Source of the DNA: Nemertoderma westbladi
Taxonomy: Eukaryota; Animalia; Xenacoelomorpha
Direction of reading: 5' to 3'
Length of the DNA: 64,000 nucleotides
Assembly: GCA_032718475.1 (NCBI GenBank)
Contig: JAUCBJ010001066.1
Coordinates: 1-64,000, forward strand
The position numbers were made by a program, and so were the translations under genes. Shown here one piece after another: positions 58,182 through 64,000 of this stretch (its first letter is position 1; the number at the start of each line of letters is the position of its first letter). A model generated the notes under the pieces. That model saw only the letters and a list, made by a program, of their open reading frames with translations. It had not been told where the DNA came from and searched no databases.

Positions 58182-61100
58182 TTATAAAGAACACTTTGAA
58201 CCAAATAACTGGGTGCTATCTAGTGTAATTTAGTTAAAATTGTTATTAAAGTTTGATTTTATTTCATTTCTATGTTTTACCTGAGGTAATTTAATTGTTT
58301 CCTATGACAACATATCGCTTACAGTAAGTTATAAATAAATTATCAAACTAACGTTATATTCATCAACAACCTTTTCAGATTTTTTCACAATAATTAATTA
58401 ATTGTGCTGTAATTTCTCCTACTATTGGTCAGTTTATCCCACCCATCGTTATCCTCTCTAAATGTGTTTTTTTTCCAATTCACCAATGTTCATGTAATAG
58501 ATATAATAATATGTATGAAGCACATATCCATCAAATAATCACATAATCCAATAGCGAAGTATTGTTAGTTGTTGCTGCAACAACTTACTATACTTCGCTA
58601 TTGGATGAACAGCTGTCTACACGTGTCGCACTAGGCTGCCGCTCCAGATGTGTTGTGAATAATGTAATGGCCAATTGCTTCTCGTTCAGTAGATATAATA
58701 TTCCATCTTCTGCAGGAATGAATAGAAGGTGAATTACGGTAAAAACAGCGGTAAAATAAAGTGGTCGGTGAACGTGGGAAGCACGAAACAACGGGGGCAC
58801 CCAGCTCTCTCTTGGCTGTTACCAATAAGGAAAGGAGGGCGTCACACTAACTCCAAAGGGTCAACACTCGACAAACAACCCTTTATTTACTCCCCATTGT
58901 GCCACTGGGTTTGCCTAAGCAATAATGTATAAAGTGTCTTGCTTAATAGGGACAAAGGAGTACGAAATTTCAACAGGCTTTAGTTGGATTTGGAGCTGCT
59001 GGACGTTGAACTTAAACCATAGAAGAACCCATCATGGTGGGGCAACGTTTTATACCATTATGTTGGAAGGCTAGTTGGGTGAACCAAAAATTAATATGTG
59101 TTTTCCTTTATCTCCCCACATTGTATGTATTTTAAGGTAATAGTTCTGGGGAACCTAAAATATTGAGTTCCCTTCGTATTGTTTACAGAAATGGCTTGTC
59201 TTTAATTGGATATATGATATGAGGATAAGATACTGGTTAGCTGATGCCATATTGAGCTCACAGGGTGCGACTGCATTAATGCGTATCAAATAATGGATTT
59301 TCAGGATTTTTAGCATTGCCGTACAAAAGGCCAATGGCATAAGTGTATTAGTTGAAACTCTATCACGATGTATTATTTCCCAGGAAATATTGAATATTAT
59401 ATCATTCCCTAAGGGTGTATGTAGATCATCCGTTTACCAATGGTGATGAGAGGTGATTGATGGAAGGATAGTGAAATACAGTATGTTGTCAAATATCATT
59501 TACGAGACTTTATGGGACTTCGTACAAACATTATTCTTCCAACAGTATGATGATATGCTCGTAAAAGATACGGCATAAGTCATAATACATATAAACATAT
59601 TTTTTCTTTAAATTGTGTAACCCCGTCCGTCATATTTTACAATAATATCTTGGCACTAAAAAATTCTCAAATTTATTGTGTTTTAATCATCCGATCCATT
59701 TAATATCTCATTAATATGACAAATTTTGATTGATTGTTAAATTACATGCGACTTCTGGGTGGCAATTTCATTCAAGAAACCCGATTCAGGTTTGGGTGCT
59801 ACACTCCGAGTAGGTAGCTCCGTGATTAAACATTAACAACAAGATAATGAAAATGTGTTGTGTGACCAATCACAGGCCAGAAACACCCAGAGAGGGGGGG
59901 GGGGGGGGGGGGGAGGGGGGCTACCAAATAAACATATCTAACTTTATGCCGTATCCGTATATGTAGGCTACATACGCGTATGTGCCTAAATAAGTATATT
60001 CCTGCATTTCCGTCCTGCGAATACTTCTTTTCAAATTTCCCTCCTTATTATGGGATAAAGTCTAAACAAAGTTTGACGGGTAGAGGTCGCAATTCCACTT
60101 CCAAAAATAGTGATTTAAATCCGATTTAAGTGATGTTGGAGCGGTTTTACAACTTTGTCGATGTAGGATAAATATTCCAAGTTGAGGAATATTTATTTTC
60201 TTTAAATGATTGCGCCATCGCGTTTTTCATGATTCATCTCGCCAAGTAACCAACTAATTATCCTTTACCTACACTAATCCATCGCGGATCATGCAATAAT
60301 CCATTGGGTCAAACTTCCTTAATTAGCTTCTCAGGAGGGAAGTGATTAGTTTTGTTTTGGTAATTGGCCTATTTGTGCCATCACAATTACGGATATGCTG
60401 TCAGTGGTACAGTACCATTTGTTTAGCAATCTCAATAATCTGTATATATTGTATTGCAGTTTGGGAATACTTTTTGTGTGGTAATAAAATAATTAACACT
60501 GGTCTGGAGACGACACAGGATACTTAGTATAAGGCAGCGGCCATTTTTTTCAAATATTATTATTTATTATGTAGTTATAATGATTATATAATGTAGGAGG
60601 AAGAAGACACGTTCGTGGGGCCTTCGCGCAGCACGAGGCTCAGTTATTAGACACAAATTAAGATTGAACGATATTATCACAAAAACCGTATTTAAGAAAT
60701 TTACCGCTAATTAATCAAAGAGAGGTGGAAGTCTCTTTTTAAACTGTTAAATTTTTCCTTTGGTTTGGTAATTCTGAAGCTATACTGGTTTTCAAGGTCG
60801 CTGATCACGATACAACTCGTTAAAAATCATTCGTGGTAAAGCAATTATCATTTATGGTGCTTTCTGGTGGGACGTAAAATACAAGTAGCATAAAATTTCA
60901 AACGACAAAAAGCGAATTTGGTTGGATAATACGATATATTTGAGTTTTATAATCGTGATCAGCATCCTAAGTAACCTCTAAATACCGCAATTAAATGAAT
61001 TTTAGTGAATTATAAATTCTTTTGAAAATGAAAGGGGCCACAGCACAACAACTAACATAGCCATGTAAATGGTTTTTGCTTTGTTGGGTAGCCCATTAAA

Positions 61101-61619
61101 TTTTAGGAAAAGTCACTAAGGCAAGGCCCGATGGACACAATGAGCTTTCATCGTTCTTCTTTAATCACCCATCTATCATCTTTCATCATTTCTAATTTTA
61201 GAAAACACTGCCGTCTATGGAGACATTCACACAACGTCTTCAATTTTCAATTTCAATTTTATTTTTTCCTTTCAACAATTTCCTAGATTGCATACAATCA
61301 AAAACAAAACATTGGATGAAGGTGATGGTGATGACAGAGTAGCAGACAATTGCGTAGCTAGTATAGCCTGCTACTCCGACAGGAAATTTATGGGTTGGGT
61401 GGGGGGATAGTGTAGCAGTAGCATTCTGGGATAGAAGACTCTGAGATGCAATAAATGGTAGCGACTGTAATAAAAGATCGACAAGCCGATAAGCCGGCAC
61501 AGCATTCTTAAAAATGCAGCTGCAATGCAGCATGCCGATCCTAGTAGTAGTAATAAAAGATACGTGGTGAGATATAAAAAGTGGACATAGGCCTAACTAC
61601 AGGGATATTAACAGGTGTG

Positions 61620-62985
61620 ATTTATACGCTGACGAAAATGCTTCTTTTTAATTTGAGTGTTTTAATTTAGATGATAGTGCGTTCCAAATTGAATAATTCA
61701 TAGATGCTTCGTCGGAAGTTAGGCGGACCTTCGGAATAGAGAAACCATCGGTTAGGCGAGTAGCAAGGCGAGTTGTGTATCTGTGTACAGAGGAAATTGT
61801 AGTGAGGTTTAAATAGGTTAGCATTTATATCGTACATGAGGGATCCTACTTGGTGTTTATAGAGGAGGTCAATAGGTTGAATGCCGAGAGACTTATAGAT
61901 AGGTTTAGAAGAAGCTCGGCAGTGCGAGAAAGTAATACAGCGGAGGAGTTTGTTTATTTTTATACGTAGGGGTTGTAGGGTAGAAGAATGGGTTTTGCCC
62001 CAGAGTAGAATGCCATATAATAAATAGGGGTGTACAGGTGAAAAATCTAGTTTGCGAAGTATACGAAGGGGAAATATGTGGCGCAGTTTGTAGAATATTC
62101 TGGAGGTTCTAGACGTAATATGTTTGATGTGAGATTTCCAGTTTAAGTTGTCATCTACTAGAACCCCTAGAAATTTAGAATGTGGTTTTCGAGTAATGGG
62201 GAATGGTTAATTAGTATTGGGTCGTATTAGTGGGTATTAGGGTAGTTAGAGTATAGCATATTCAGTCTTAGATAGGTTGAGAGATAGACGGTTGTCTGAT
62301 AGCCAATCCGCAATCTTAGATAATTCAGAGTTAGTTATGGTGATTAAAGAGTCAAGATTAGGTTTAGCTATATGAAGAGTTGTGTCGTCAGCAAATAATG
62401 TTGAGATTAGTGAGGTAGCATTGGGAAGGTCGTTAATATACAATAGGAATAGGTTTGGCGAAATAGTGGCGCCTTGTGGGACACCACATGTAATAGGTAG
62501 ACTAGAAAAATGGTGGTTACCAATTGAAACAAATTGGGTTCTAGAATCTAGGAAGCTTGAGAGTAGTTGTTGCGGTATTCCCTAGATACCATAGGAGTTT
62601 AGCTTAGAGGTTAGGATAGAGTGATCAATAGTGTCGAAAGCCTTTTTTAGATCTATATATATAGCACTTGTGTGTAGTTTTTGATCTAGGTATTTGTGAA
62701 TATTCAATAACAACGGATAGCAGAGCATGGGATGTTGTAGATTTAGGGCGAAAGCCGAATTGAGAATTAGACAATATGGAATATTTTTTTAGGTACGAAA
62801 GTAGTTGGTTATTAATTATGGATTCGTACAGTTCGTTAATTACGGGTAGAAGAGAAATAGGTCGGTAGTTATTAGTGTCCGATGGGTCGGCACTCTTGAA
62901 TACGGGAATGACTTTGGCCGATTTAAGAGCCTTAGGGAAGAAGGCTTGAGTTATCGATAGGTTAATTAGGTGAGATAGGGCTGCC
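61620..62985 (-). mobile_element. Degenerate CR1/L2-group LINE reverse transcriptase remnant
   Basis: The minus strand gives LSHLINLSI...FPKALKSAKVIPVFK..DPSDTNNYRPISLL, IDLKKAFDTIDH, CGVPQG and YINDLP...LFADDT...WL..NRLSLN.SKT, with several stops and frameshifts. Confidence 0.85.
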
Positions 62986-64000
62986 TCATGGGTCGTGGTA
63001 AAATCACATCCTCGAGTCCACTATCTGCCATCAAGGTCCCAATACAACTAACTAATGAAACTCAATAGTGTGTGCTTTCCGCCTAATTTAGGAATGAAAT
63101 TTTCAAATCATTCGGGGTACATCCATATTATTTGTACTGTTATCTTATAGAGTTGCTGATCTTTGGTAAATATTGTTTCAGTTTGACCACATTGATGGGT
63201 GAGTCGTTGGCCTTCAGTCACAGCTGTTAACATTGTGAACTAAAATACTTACCTAAATGTAATTCATCTACAATAGTTCCTGTGAATATCAACGACCTTT
63301 GAATCTTATTTAGAATCATTGTCTAGTCTACATAGCAACAGTTATCATGGTAACTGTGGCCAGAAACCAAGTTCAATAATACGGTTGTCATATTAACTGT
63401 GATTCGAATACAAGTTCTGTATGCGATATACTGAGGGAATATGTTGATACTGAGGTCGCATAATGGTTAAGTTGGTGTTTGCTATAGCGTGAACCGAAGA
63501 TTACTGCCCCTAGCAACGGTTGCCAGGGTAACAGTGGTTTGAAAATAAGCTCATCGAATTCGCAATCATTGATTTATTCAAGTTTGGGGTAAATCCTGTA
63601 ACCATTGTGTGTTTAAAACATGGCAGCTGCAGATAAACACCCCGGTAACCATGGTAACACGGTTTATGAGAAATGCTCAAGGTTGTAGGGGCGACACCCT
63701 CCTAAATATTGTTCAGCAGGGTCTAATGAGTAGGCCTACAAAACCGATGAAACATTTTATGGGTATAAAAATACACGGTTCACCAAAATTTGTGCTATTT
63801 GCTGCCGGACTATTATTATCATCCTTCTCTTAACAGTATAGTTTACCTATAACTCATTGCATTCATATTTTCTGATTATTTGGATGAATCCAAAATATAC
63901 ACGTTATCTTTCTCATCCATTCTATACTGTAGGGAAACAACCCACTAGCGATATCTTCATACTAGCGATCCATTTTCTTACAAGTTATAAGAAAATACGT

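Overview
AT-rich, repeat-rich eukaryotic DNA, most likely an invertebrate animal; nothing here is prokaryotic. There are four host genes. Three have intronless CDSs: an hnRNP U/UL-family gene (+, 6057-8351), RNASEH2A (-, 16158-17060) and CPPED1 (-, 53467-54381). The fourth is a 7-exon ATG7 (+, 23271-58181, about 684 aa, reconstructed by hand with phase-consistent junctions and one GC-AG intron). CPPED1 is nested antisense in ATG7 intron 5. ATG7 intron 3 holds a young ~19-kb non-autonomous BEL/Pao LTR retrotransposon (GTGAA target-site duplication), whose leader carries five ~1.27-kb Helitron-like elements. The most unusual signal is that three of the six ATG7 introns are largely built from tandem arrays of the gene's own exon/intron junction: 29 bp x ~143 and 58 bp x 31 at donors, and 68 bp x 6 at an acceptor. 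Every copy carries a splice site, yet only the outermost site preserves the reading frame. Also present are LINE remnants, hAT- and piggyBac-type MITEs, mini/microsatellites and a covarying hairpin family. All calls are from reading the sequence; no database searches were run.
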